This document shows, one piece after another, positions 23,776 to 34,800 of a stretch of DNA of 64,000 bases. A program made the translations under genes and the position numbers. Source of the stretch: Prasinococcaceae sp. CCMP 1430 (taxonomy: Eukaryota > Plantae > Prasinodermophyta); NCBI GenBank assembly GCA_013416795.1, contig RQSC01000029.1, forward strand, positions 385,124-449,123, given 5' to 3'. The notes beneath the pieces are model-generated. The model ran no database searches. It was given only the letters and a program-made list of their open reading frames with translations, and had not been told where the DNA came from. Within the stretch, counting starts at the first letter, position 1. Each line of letters starts with the position of its first letter.

Positions 23776-25428
23776 ATGCTGGCGCTGCGCGCGGCAGCGA
23801 AGCACGCGGCCGCGCGCAGCCGCGCGGCGGCAGCGGTGGCGGCAGCAGAAGGAGGCGGTGGCAGGGCGGTGGAGGCGGCGACCGCGGCGGTGGGGTCAGA
23901 GGTGGCCGTGCGGCGGGGGCCCGAGGCGTTGCGAGCAGCGCGCGCGTCCGTGCGCGGCGCAGCTGCGGGCGCAAAGGCGGGGCGCTCCGACCGGCAGCAA
24001 GGCTTGACCTTCTACGACAAGACCGTCGAGCAGGCTGCCATGAAGGAGCCTACCGAGTACACGATACGTGAGATGCTTGAGTTCGGCGGCGGCAACGGGG
24101 GCGAAGCGTGGTCGCCGTACAAAACGCTGCAGTTTGGTCGCTACGTGCACCGCGAGCTGCCCATCCGGCTGGCGAGGCGCCTCATGGACCTACACCAGCT
24201 GCCGTACGTCGTGGTCACGAACCCGCACATCATGAGTGTCTACAGCTACTACCTGAGCTCCTTCCGTACGCTCAACTCGTTCCCCGAGCTCAAGACGGTG
24301 CAGGACAGTGACAAGTTCACCAAGGTGATGCTCAGGCTCGTCGACGAGTCGGTGCCGCTGCTCGGCGTGATGGCGCGCGGCATCCGCGAGTGCATGCGCA
24401 AGCCCATCATCGGCGAGACTCTCCAGCTGCAGGGCTTCCTTCAAACCATTCTCCACACCAGGATTGCGAGGCGGTGCGGCGCGCGCGCGCTCATACGCCG
24501 CGCGAGCGGCCGCTGCGCTCGTGCCCGTGCTGACTCCACGCTATCCTTCTCCCCCCCCTCGTCCCGCCAGTGTCATTGCAGAGCAGTACGTCGCGCTGCA
24601 GCAGCCGCGCGATGGCTTCATTGGCGTCTTCGAGCGCGAGCTGAATGTGGGCAGAATGATTGAGAAGGCCTCGACTGACTGCGAGGCGATATGCGAGACC
24701 ACCTACGGCCGGGCACCGGCGTTCGAGTTACGTGGCGACACGGACGCCACTCTGTGCTACATTCCCGCGCATCTCGAGTACTGCCTCTTCGAGGTCTTCA
24801 AGAACTCTTCGCGCGCGGTGTGTGAGAAGCACTCGAGTGCTGAGGAGCTGCCGCCCGTGCAAGTGCTCGTCTTCAAGCACGACGATGATGAGTCGGTGTC
24901 GGTGAAAGTGAGCGACCAGGGCGGGGGCATTGACGCGAAGAGCCTTCAGAAAGTCTTCGAGTACGGGTTCACGACTGTGCCGGATGACCTGGAGACCTTC
25001 AGCCAGGAGCACGACGCCAGCGGGACGGGCGGCGGGCTGGGCGCACTGGGAAGCGGAGGGGGCACAGGGCTTGGCGGGCTCGGGGCGCAGTCTCGCTCGC
25101 CAATGGCAGGCTTAGGTGCGTGGTGCTTGTGCTTTGACTGACGCGAGAGAGACAGCAAACCACGGCCAACAGCGTCAGGGTGCCCCTCACTCGCACGCCA
25201 CCTCGCGTCTGCGCGCCGCCGATGCGTCCTCTGGTCCTGCGTCTCTGCGTGCGACGCCAGTCTGACCTGTTGCGGTGCGTGCCGCGCGCAGGCTTCGGTC
25301 TTCCCGTGAGCCGGCAATACGCCGAGTACTTTGGCGGCTCCGTGCACCTGTATTCGATCGACGGCTACGGCACCGACGTCATCATCACGTTGAAGGACGC
25401 GCAGCGCGCGTGTTCGATGGCGTTCTGA
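23776..25428 (+). CDS. Mitochondrial alpha-ketoacid dehydrogenase kinase, BCKDK-like; introns 24474-24570, 25116-25291
   Basis: Presequence-like N-terminus; [19 protein letters not shown] (N box), SDQGGGI (G1), [26 protein letters not shown]. Confidence 0.88.
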
Positions 25429-26196
25429 GGGTAATAACGGAGCACCTACTGTGCACTCCTCCAGCGACCCCGTGCTCCGCGACGGAGCCCGCGCGCCCGT
25501 GCGAGCGCGCGCTGCCCCTCGGGTTGCGCTCGGCCCACCCGCGAGCACCTGCGGCTGCTGGGTCAGGCGTCGCGGCGCTGTGTCGGGTTGGGGTGAACCC
25601 GTGGTCCATCCATTAGCGTTTGGTCCCATGCCGACGCATCGGACCATCAAAATGCATCTAGATGTGAGGGTTTACAAGAAAACCTCAAATGCGAAATCCA
25701 ATCAAAATGCATTGGATGACGTTTCCATTGCCGTTTGATGTGCGGCAACCTCGACTTGGCTTTCCCATCCCTCTCCCGATCTCGGGGCGGATATCTGCCG
25801 CGGCGGCTGCCGCTGCCAGTGACCACACCTCGCGCAGCGCGCGCGGGCGTCGCGGGCAGCCTCAGGTGAGAGCGCGCGCCCCCCGGGGGCTTGGTGTGTG
25901 TGTGTGGGGGGGGGGGGATGAGTGGGAAAAGGCATGCGCCGAGGGGTAGGGGGGGCATGCGGATCTCCTCGGTGGCGCGGCGAGCGGCGAGCGGCTGCAG
26001 CGGTGCGCGACGCGCGATGCGCAGTGAACCTGGCCGCTCGGCGGAGAGAGAGAGAGAGAGAGAATGAGATCGCACGGGCGCGTGCAGACGTGCGCCGCCC
26101 GCGCCTTGCGGGTGGATGACAGGCTGACGCCCCTACTCTGCCTTCGCGCGCGCCCACCCCCTCGCCCACGCGCTCGCGGCGCCGCGCACCGCAGAC

Positions 26197-26692
26197 ATGG
26201 CCAACCAGATGTCGCCCATGCAGCAGCGCGAGCTGCAGGAGCAGCTCTCGCAGGAGCAGCAGAAGTACCAGGTGCAGGAGGTGATCAGCAAGATCACCGA
26301 GACTTGCTTTGTGCGTGATGCGACCCACGCGAGCACGCGCAGCCGCGCCGCGTGTGCGCCTGCGCCAGCGCGCTCGTGCACGAGTATGTGGTTTGCAGCG
26401 GGCCGTGTGTCTGACGTTGCCTGCGGGCGCTTCTTCGCGCTCTCTTCACACACCGACGCGCGCGATGCGCGATGCGTCATTCCCTGCGCACGCGTGCTGT
26501 GCCACGCGCGCGCGTGACTGCGCGATCGTTCGCCCCTCCCACGCACAACCTGCCCGTCTGCCTCCACAGGACAAGTGCATGGGCAACCCTGGCAACCGCC
26601 TCTCGAATAGCGAAGAGACGTGCCTGTCCAACTGCGCTAAGCGCTATCTCGATGTCACCCGCATGGCGGTGGAGAAGCTTTCAAACAGATAG
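26197..26692 (+). CDS. TIM8: Mitochondrial small Tim chaperone (Tim8/Tim13 family, Tim8 favoured); intron 26311-26569; probable 5'UTR intron 25866-26194
   Basis: Twin CX3C: TETCF/DKC...EETCLSNCAKRYLD. Confidence 0.85.
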
Positions 26693-27113
26693 GCTGCAAC
26701 TGCCTCTCTTATGTGCGCCGGCGTGCGCACATGACCGCGCTTTCGAGAGCACACGCGCTCGCGCTCGCCGCCACACTCTCATGTGACAATTTTTTCCCCT
26801 ACCCTGTCGGACGCCCACGCACGCTGCACGCATGCGCACAACGCGCTCGCGCACAGGGCACGCACAAGGGCGCATCTGAGTGACGCGCGCGCGCATACAC
26901 AACGGGGGGCGTGGCGCTCGACTCGCTCGTGTGCTTGCTCGGGTGCATGTACATACGGGTGTTCAGAAATTTACAAAGTGTATAGCTGCATAGCTGTGCC
27001 GCAGTCGCGTACCCCATGCCGCCATGCGGCGGGGTCAGTGCATTTGCACGAAGAAATGTGTGGGTTTGTGTGAGCGCGCAGGACAGGGCGACCTCCTGCG
27101 CTGCCGCCGCCCC

Positions 27114-28034
27114 TCAGAAGCTGTCGCCTTCCGAGTCAGTATCGGAGCCCGAAGTGCCGCTGCTTGTGTCCGTCCCACTGCTGGTGTCGCTCAGAGCGCT
27201 GTCTGCTGGCAGCACTGTCGCACGCCTTCCGCCTGGCCGAGGGGCACCAGGTGCATGCACGGGCGGGCGCACGCACGTCGCGGCACCTACCACGGCCGCG
27301 ATCGAACCACTGCGGTCGGAGAGGCCTCCGTCCGTATGCGTCGAGGCGCTCAGATCCGAACGGCGTGCGCCATCCTCGGCCGTGCACATGCTCGATGGAG
27401 TGCCGCTGGAGGCAAGCCTCGCGGCCTTGAGGCCACCCGCCAGCGAGTTCGCGCGCGCGAGCTGTCGCTTGCGCGCTCCTGCGAGTGCAGCGCGATCCTC
27501 TCCCGGGTGGCCATCTGTAGCGATCGCGAGATCGTCCTCCAATGGCGGCCCGACAGCATCGCCGCCACCGCGGCCCAAATCTCCACCGGCCTCCGCACTC
27601 CTGTCACGCCGAAGCAGGTGCGTCTGCCAGCCAGCGGCCGCGTCGTCTGCCCGTCCTGCGTCGTCCCTGTGCCCGATCCTGACATTCACACAGGCGGCGT
27701 GGCGATGCATGGTGAAGCCCTCGCCCTCGCCATCAAAGACGAGCACGTACTCCTCCGTCGTCCGTGCGCCGCCGGCCGGGTGCGCCATGGCACCCGCTCC
27801 TGCATCCCTGGCGTCCATGACATCACCGCGAAGCAGGGCGCTCGACCCGCGCCACGCGAGCTGCGCCTCGTCCCCGCGCACGCGCAGCTGGCCGCACCCC
27901 GACGCAGCCGCATCCTCGGGGAGCGCCGAGCTGACGTAGCGCACCGTCAATACCCCGCCCATCGGCGCCGCCAGCGCCTCCGCCCCCGTGCGCTCGCCCT
28001 CGCCCTCGCCGCCCCCCCCGCCGCCTCCCGCCAC
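27114..28034 (-). CDS. Putative ELL-associated factor (EAF)-like protein
   Basis: EEYVLVFDGEGEGFTMHR resembles the EAF N-domain (VLxFDGExFxLER); Ser/Asp-rich C-terminus. Confidence 0.45.
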   Translation of the reverse strand: MAGGGGGGGEGEGERTGAEALAAPMGGVLTVRYVSSALPEDAAASGCGQLRVRGDEAQLAWRGSSALLRGDVMDARDAGAGAMAHPAGGARTTEEYVLVFDGEGEGFTMHRHAACVNVRIGHRDDAGRADDAAAGWQTHLLRRDRSAEAGGDLGRGGGDAVGPPLEDDLAIATDGHPGEDRAALAGARKRQLARANSLAGGLKAARLASSGTPSSMCTAEDGARRSDLSASTHTDGGLSDRSGSIAAVVGAATCVRPPVHAPGAPRPGGRRATVLPADSALSDTSSGTDTSSGTSGSDTDSEGDSF

Positions 28035-28703
28035 CGTGCCGCCGCCCCCCGCCCGGCCCGCGCGCTCTGCCGCCGACGCATCTCAACGCGCAGCGCGCAA
28101 AAAACCGGCGCGCGCAAAAAAAAAAAAAAAACGTTTGGAGACCGTCCTTCCACAACCGAGCGAGACCGAGAATTTAAAAAAAAAAAAAAAACTCAAAAAC
28201 ATGTGCATTCGCAAGGCCCTCAAAAAAAAAAAAGAGAGAGCCTCCGGGGAGTTGGGAGCGCCGGGAAATGATCACTCATCGATGGAGCGCCCGAACCTAA
28301 ACCTTCGCCTCGCGCGTGCGCATGCTATGACAGATCAATTTCGATGGTATGAACCCTAAATAGACTGAACCCTATTGGTGCGCGGTTCGGGCCCTCGGAG
28401 CAACCTCGGACTGATTGGTTGTCACCGACGTGCGTTGCACAGCGGCGCCGTTCGGAGTGCGCGCGTTCCGCGCCGCAATTTGGGGTGTCGAAATGCATTG
28501 ATGTGTTGAATCGACGGATGTCGAATTGTCGGGGCGCGGGCGAGGGGCCGTGAGCGCGCGCGCGCGCGCGCGGCCGCGCGCGGCAGCGCCACAANCGCAG
28601 GATCCACCGGGCACCGACGCCACCGCCAAAGACGGCGACAATCACGGCGCCGCGCGCAGGCAGGGGGCGGGCAGCGGCGCTCGCGCGCGGGCGGCGCCGG
28701 CCG

Positions 28704-30161
28704 GTGCGGCTCGCTCCGCGCGCAAAGGCCGGGAAAGGGAAGGGCGAGGCGGTGGGGGGCGGCAATGGGGACGGTGAAACCACAGGCGAGGGCGAGGCAG
28801 CCGCGGCTGGCGAAAATGAGCGCCCCGAAGCTGTCGCCAGTGGCGAGTCCAGCGCGCTTGAGGCGCCTGCTGAAGCCGCCGCCGCGCCAGCCGCGGCCGC
28901 CGCGGCGGAGGCGAAGCAGCAGGCCGCAGGGGAGGAAGGCGGTCCTGTGAATGGCGAGAAGTCCGGCGCGCTTGTGCCACCCGCCGCTGCCGAGGCTACC
29001 GCCGCACCAGTTGCGGCCGCCGCGGCGATGGCCAAGCCGCCTGCTGCAGGCGCGGACGGAGCTCCCGTGGCCGCAGCGCAACGGCGGCTGGCGCTGCTGT
29101 TCGCGCCGCTCTTGCGCTTCGTCCGCGCAATCCTTCCCATGCGGCTTCTGAGGCTCGCGGTCTTCGGCCGCGTCGCGCGGCTGCGCACCCTCCGCCAGGC
29201 GGCGGACGCAGCACCAGGCGACGCGGCGAGGCAGGCGGCGTACCTTGCCGCGCTCGCCAAGGGTGGGAAGCACGACGCGATCGTGAAGCGATTCGAGGCA
29301 ACTCCGGAAGCGGCCATGAACGCCAGTGGCGTGGCGGAGTACCTGCGGGCGCTGGTGGTCACCAACCGCCTGAAGTCGTTCACTGACGCCTCGGGGGTGC
29401 TCGAGAAGACCGTCGCGAGCGGCGCGGTAGCGGGAAGCGGCGCAGGGGCGAAAGACAGCAAGATGGCGCGCGTGGACGCGGCGGCAGCGGCGCTGGCGGC
29501 CAGCGACAAGCGCACGCTGTCCCAGCTGCTGGAGGACCTTGGCGCACGCGCCGGCGGGAGCGCAGACAAGAGCGCTGACGCGGGCGCGACGCCGGCGCGG
29601 CCTCTGCATGTGGTGATGAGCGCAGCGGGGGGCGCCGCGCTCGGCGCGCGCCCGCGCGCGACGGGTCCCGTGGGGATGCTGCGCGACGTGTTCTCGACGC
29701 TGCTCTTCATGCTCGCGCTGGCGGTCGCGTGGCTGTTCGGCACGGCGGCGCTGAAGCGCTACGTGTCTGGCTCTCCCAGCGGCATGGGGCAGGGCGCAGG
29801 CGCCGGCCAGTCGGCGGCCAGCAGCTCGTACGCCCCGAAAGAGTACAACAAGGACGCTATCCCAGAAACTTCGCGCAAGACGTTCGACGACGTGCTGGGG
29901 TGTGAGGAGGCCAAGGAGGAGCTCGTCGAGGTGGTGCAGTACCTGAAGAACCCGGAGCGATTCTCGCGGCTCGGCGGCACCATGCCCAAGGGCGTGCTGC
30001 TTACGGGCCCGCCCGGGACCGGCAAGACGCTGCTGGCGCGCGCGGTGGCCGGCGAGGCGGGCGTGCCATTCTTCTACCGTGCGGGGTCCGAATTCGAGGA
30101 GATGTTCGTCGGCGTGGGCAGCCGCCGCGTGCGCCAGCTCTTCGCAGCAGCTAAAAAGAAG

Positions 30162-30197
<36 letters not shown>

Positions 30198-31310
30198 ATC
30201 GGCGGCAACCGCAAGGCTTTCGAGAGCCACACCCGCAAGACACTCAACCAGCTGCTGGTGGAGATGGACGGCTTCGAGGCATCCGAGGGTGTCATTGTGA
30301 TGAGCGCGACCAACATCCCCGAGTCGCTCGATCCGGCGCTCACGCGCCCCGGCCGCTTCGACCGCCACGTGGTGGTGCCCAACCCCGACATCAAGGGACG
30401 CCGCCAGATCCTCGAGCACTACCTCAAGGGCAAGCCCGTTGCGGCGGACGTCGAGGTGGAGCAGCTGGCGCGCGGCACGCCGGGCTTCTCGGGCGCGGAC
30501 TTGTACAACTTGGTCAACATGGCGGCGATCAAAGCCGCCGTCGAGGACGCCAAGGAGGTCTCGCTGGGCATGCTCGAGTTCGCGAAGGACAAGATTCTCA
30601 TGGGCGCCGAGCGCAAGTCGATGAGCCTCACGGAGGAGGGCCGCCGCCTTACGGCGTTCCACGAGGCCGGCCACGCGCTCGTGGCGCTGCGCACCGAGGG
30701 CGCGATGCCCATCCACAAGGCGACCATCATGCCGCGCGGCACCTCGCTGGGCATGACCATGCAGCTTCCGGAGCACAAGGACGAGACGTCGCAGTCCAAG
30801 CAGCAGATGTTGGCGGAGCTCGACATCTGCATGGGTGGGCGCATCGCCGAAGAGCTCGTCTTCGGCAAGGACGCCGTCACGAGCGGCGCGCGCGGCGACC
30901 TCGAGCAGGCCACGGCCATTGCCAAGCGCATGGTCACCGAGTACGGCATGAGCGACGCAGTCGGTCCGATGTACATAAACGCTGGGCGCAAGATGAGCGC
31001 CGACACCGAGCGCATGGTGGACAAGGAGGTGCGCCAGCTGCTGACCAACGCGTACGCGCGCGCGACGGCGCTCATCACGGAGCACCTCGGCGACCTGCAC
31101 AAGCTCGCGGATGAGCTGCTCGAGAAGGAAACTCTCGATGCGCAGGAGATCCGTCGGGCGATCGGCCTGCCCGCCACGCCTGTGGCGCCCTCCAGCGGCG
31201 AGGGGTCGGAGCCCACGGCTCCTACCAAGGACATCGTTCCCGAGGACGATGGTGCCTCCGGCACCGCGGACGCCGAGCAGGAGGGGTCAGTCGAGGCCGC
31301 GGTCGTGTGA
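28704..31310 (+). CDS. FTSH11: ATP-dependent zinc metalloprotease of the FtsH11/FtsH4 (i-AAA/YME1) clade; intronless; 5' end next to the N at 28595
   Basis: [19 protein letters not shown], single [18 protein letters not shown] motif TRPGRFD, HEAGH zinc site. Confidence 0.92.
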
Positions 31311-31727
31311 CGGGCCGCCCCTGCCCGCCCGCTCGCGCCCCGCGTAAAAACCACCTAATTATTGGCTCCGCCTTCACCTGGCCACCCGGGCAGCGCTCTC
31401 GCCCGCGCGCCCCGCTCGGAGCGCCGCGCCTTGGCAGGAGGAGGAGCCGAAGGGGGCGGGGAGTGGAAAGGGCAACCACCACGTGCCACCCGCCGCCGCG
31501 CCCCTCCCCCGACTCACACGCACCACCCGCGCCCCCGCCCCCGCCGCCGTCGCGCCTGCTTCTCGCTCTCGCGCGCGCCGGCGTGCCTGCCGCGGTCGCT
31601 GTGTCGTTGTTGGAGTGGGGCCGCCCGCGTTTCGGGCCGGGGAGCTGGATCGCCCCCCGGCGACTGCGGCGCGCGCACCTTCTCGCGCGCGCGCGCCGCG
31701 CGCCGTTCTTGGGTCGTTCGCGGGGCT

Positions 31728-31893
31728 NNNNNNNNNNNNNNNNNNNNNNNNNNNNNNNNNNNNNNNNNNNNNNNNNNNNNNNNNNNNNNNNNNNNNNNNN
31801 NNNNNNNNNNNNNNNNNNNNNNNNNNNNNNNNNNNNNNNNNNNNNNNNNNNNNNNNNNNNNNNNNNNNNNNNNNNNNNNNNNNNNNNNNNNNN
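31728..31893. other. Assembly gap (N run)
   Basis: 166 N; hides the CAMTA start. Confidence 0.99.
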
Positions 31894-34800
31894 GCGGCGA
31901 GGGGCGCGCACGGCGCGGGCGCCGGCGCGGGCGCTGCGGCTGGGCCCGCTGTCCCCACCGCGCTGGCACCCTGCGCGTCGGCCGAGGAGAGGGCGAATCG
32001 GGTGCGGCACCTCCTAGGCACGGAGGCGCCAAAGCGCTGGCTCAAGACAAACGAGGTGTTTGAGGTCCTCGTGCACTGGTCTGAGGCGGCCTGGCCGCTC
32101 TCAGCCAAGATGCCCGCAGCGCCTCAGTCGGGCGCCGTGCATATCTACGACAGGCGTGCCACGCGCGGCTTCCGCAAGGACGGCCACTGCTGGCGCAAGA
32201 AGAAGGATGGCAGGACGGTGAAGGAGACGCACGAGAAGCTCAAGGTCGGCGCGGTGGAGAAGCTGAACTGCTACTACGCGCACTCAGAGCACATGCTTTT
32301 CCAGAGGAGGTGCTACTGGCTGCTTGCGAAAGAGGACTTGCCCGAGTCGGACGCGGCAGGCGCCCCTTTGCCGCAGCAGGGACCTGAGTCGCTGGTGCTG
32401 GTGCACTACCTCATGGTGACGGAGGACGCGCTGGGCCCGAAACACAAGAAACGGGAGGGGGCTCTCGGCAGCGCAGGCATGGGCGCGCCAAAGACGGAGG
32501 CTCAGGCGAAATCGAAACTCTCGAAAAAGAAGGCACAGACTGAAGCGCCCCCCTTCGGAGCTGCGCGGCACGCCTCGAAACCGCTCCCAGATCTCCCACC
32601 TCATCCGGGCAGACGCGCCATGGAAGGCCGTGTGGTGGGGCGTGGCGGATCGGTGGCCCAAGCAGACGGCCGCGCGCCATCGTCCATGGCCCAACAGATT
32701 GGAAATGCGACCATCTACCCTGCTCACCAGCAGTATCAGTACCCGCAGAACCTCATGCACCACCTTCAACAACAGGCGAACGGCCACGGGGAGATGGACG
32801 AGGCCCAGCAGCGGGTTTTCCAGTACCAGCAGCAGCAGCAGGCGTACGTCTTGCAACAGCAGCAGTATCTACAGCAGCAGCAACACCTGCTCCAACAGCA
32901 TCATGGGCACATGCAAGTGCAACTCCAGCAGCAGCAGCTACAGAGGCGAGAGCAGCAGCTGGAGGATAGGCAGCAAGAGCGGCGGCAGCATTCATCGCAC
33001 TTGCAGCTCCAGCAGGAGGAGCTCGAGGGGGGTCAAGGTGGGCGAGTCGCCCCGGGACAGGTGCAGTCGCTACATGCCCAAGAGGGGTACCAGCCTCTGC
33101 CAACCCACTTCGAGGGCGGGGACGCGGAGCAGGCTGCGCACCAGGCAGAGGGCATACATGGCGCCACTCAGATGAGCGGGCCGCCCTACATGTGGAGTGC
33201 GGACATTGTGGACACTGTGCAGGACGCCATGATGAACACCGAGAGTTTCGACGACGTGGACTTTTTGCTCAACTCGATCATGGATGCTCCCGCCTCGCCT
33301 GCAGGGGGGGTGAGTGTGGCTCCAGCTGTGAATGATCACGTTGTCGAGCTTGACATGGCGGCGGCAGAGGCTGCCGCGGCAAACGCCTTCGAGAACCACG
33401 CGGCAGAGCAGCCTCTCGATGCAGCGCCGCTGGTCGCCGAAGCTGCTGCGGCCGCTGCAACCGCACGCGTGATGGCAGCGCAAGCGGAGATTGTTGACAC
33501 TCCTCTCGAGTACACGGAGCAGTACGCGAAAGGGTATGCGGAACAGTACGCGGCCGAGCAGTACGCCGAGCAGTTCGCGGAGCCCTTTGCACCGCCGTCG
33601 GCAAGTGACGGCGGCGCGCAGCCAAGTTCAGCTCCTGAGGCAGATCGCGAGGGCGATAGCGAGTCAGAGAGCGCGGCGACAGACACCAACAAACTGCCCC
33701 TTCCTCTGCCACCACCAAGCCAGCGCGTGTACCACGGGGGGCGCTCGGGCAGCAGGCGCCTCGGGATGATGCACATGCGGGAGAGAGAGGTGTGGCAGCA
33801 GTCGAAGCTCGTCATAGACCTTCTGGCGGCCATGCAAGCGGCGATCAGCGAGGAGCCCGACTGGCGCACGGCCGCCAAGGAGGCGAAGGCCGTGATCGGC
33901 GAGCTCACGGCCTCGCGACCCAAGGCCACGGCTGGATCAGATAGCGCGGGCAGCTTCTCCAGTGACTCTGCGAGGGCGGGTGCATCCATCGCCGCTCTGC
34001 AGAAAATTAGTGCGATCGATGATGAGTTGCAGGAAACTATGGAGCGCCTGCTGTCCCTGAGTGCCGCTTCAGATTCTGCGGGACACTCGGCCGAGGTACA
34101 GAATTTGCGAGAAGTCTGCGACCGGCTGAAAGCAGCAAAGGGGGCGGCCAGGGCCGAGCTCGCATCTCTATCGCACTCTTCACCGTCTCCCCCCAGCGCC
34201 GGCAAGGGGGAGACTTCGGGCAACCGGACGGACTCAGCGGAGCACACGACCGGTTCTGAGGACGAGCCCCGATGGATGGAATCCGCAAGCGCCACCTCGG
34301 CTCTGCTGCCAGCCACAGCATGCCGGGCTCTTCAGCTCAAGCTGATCGACGTGATTCTTGACGCGGGCTTCGAGCAGTCGCCGCGCACGGGCAAGCTGCG
34401 GGATCGGCTCGATCTCTTGAGCGAGAGCGTTCTATCTGAGGTCATTCACGGCATTCTTCGGCGCTGGCAAGCGCTTGTCAGCGAAGCTGACCCTAAGGGG
34501 AAGGGGCCAGCGGGCGAGCGCGACGGCGAGGCAGAGGGCGACGCGCCTGGCGATAAGCAAGGGGACGGTGAAGCGGGGGTCCAGGGTACCTCCGAAGTCG
34601 CTCAGCGCCTGTTTAGCTTTCGAGGCAAGGATGGTGCGGGTGCTTTGCACCTCGCCTCCGCGCTGGGAGACGACGCTGCAATCGCTGCCATGCTGCGAGC
34701 GGGCGCGAAAGTAGACGGCGTCGACTCGCGCGGATGCGCTCCTCTGCACTGGGCGGCAGCGTACGGTCGCGAGGAGGCGCTTGCACTCCTGCTGGCCGCA

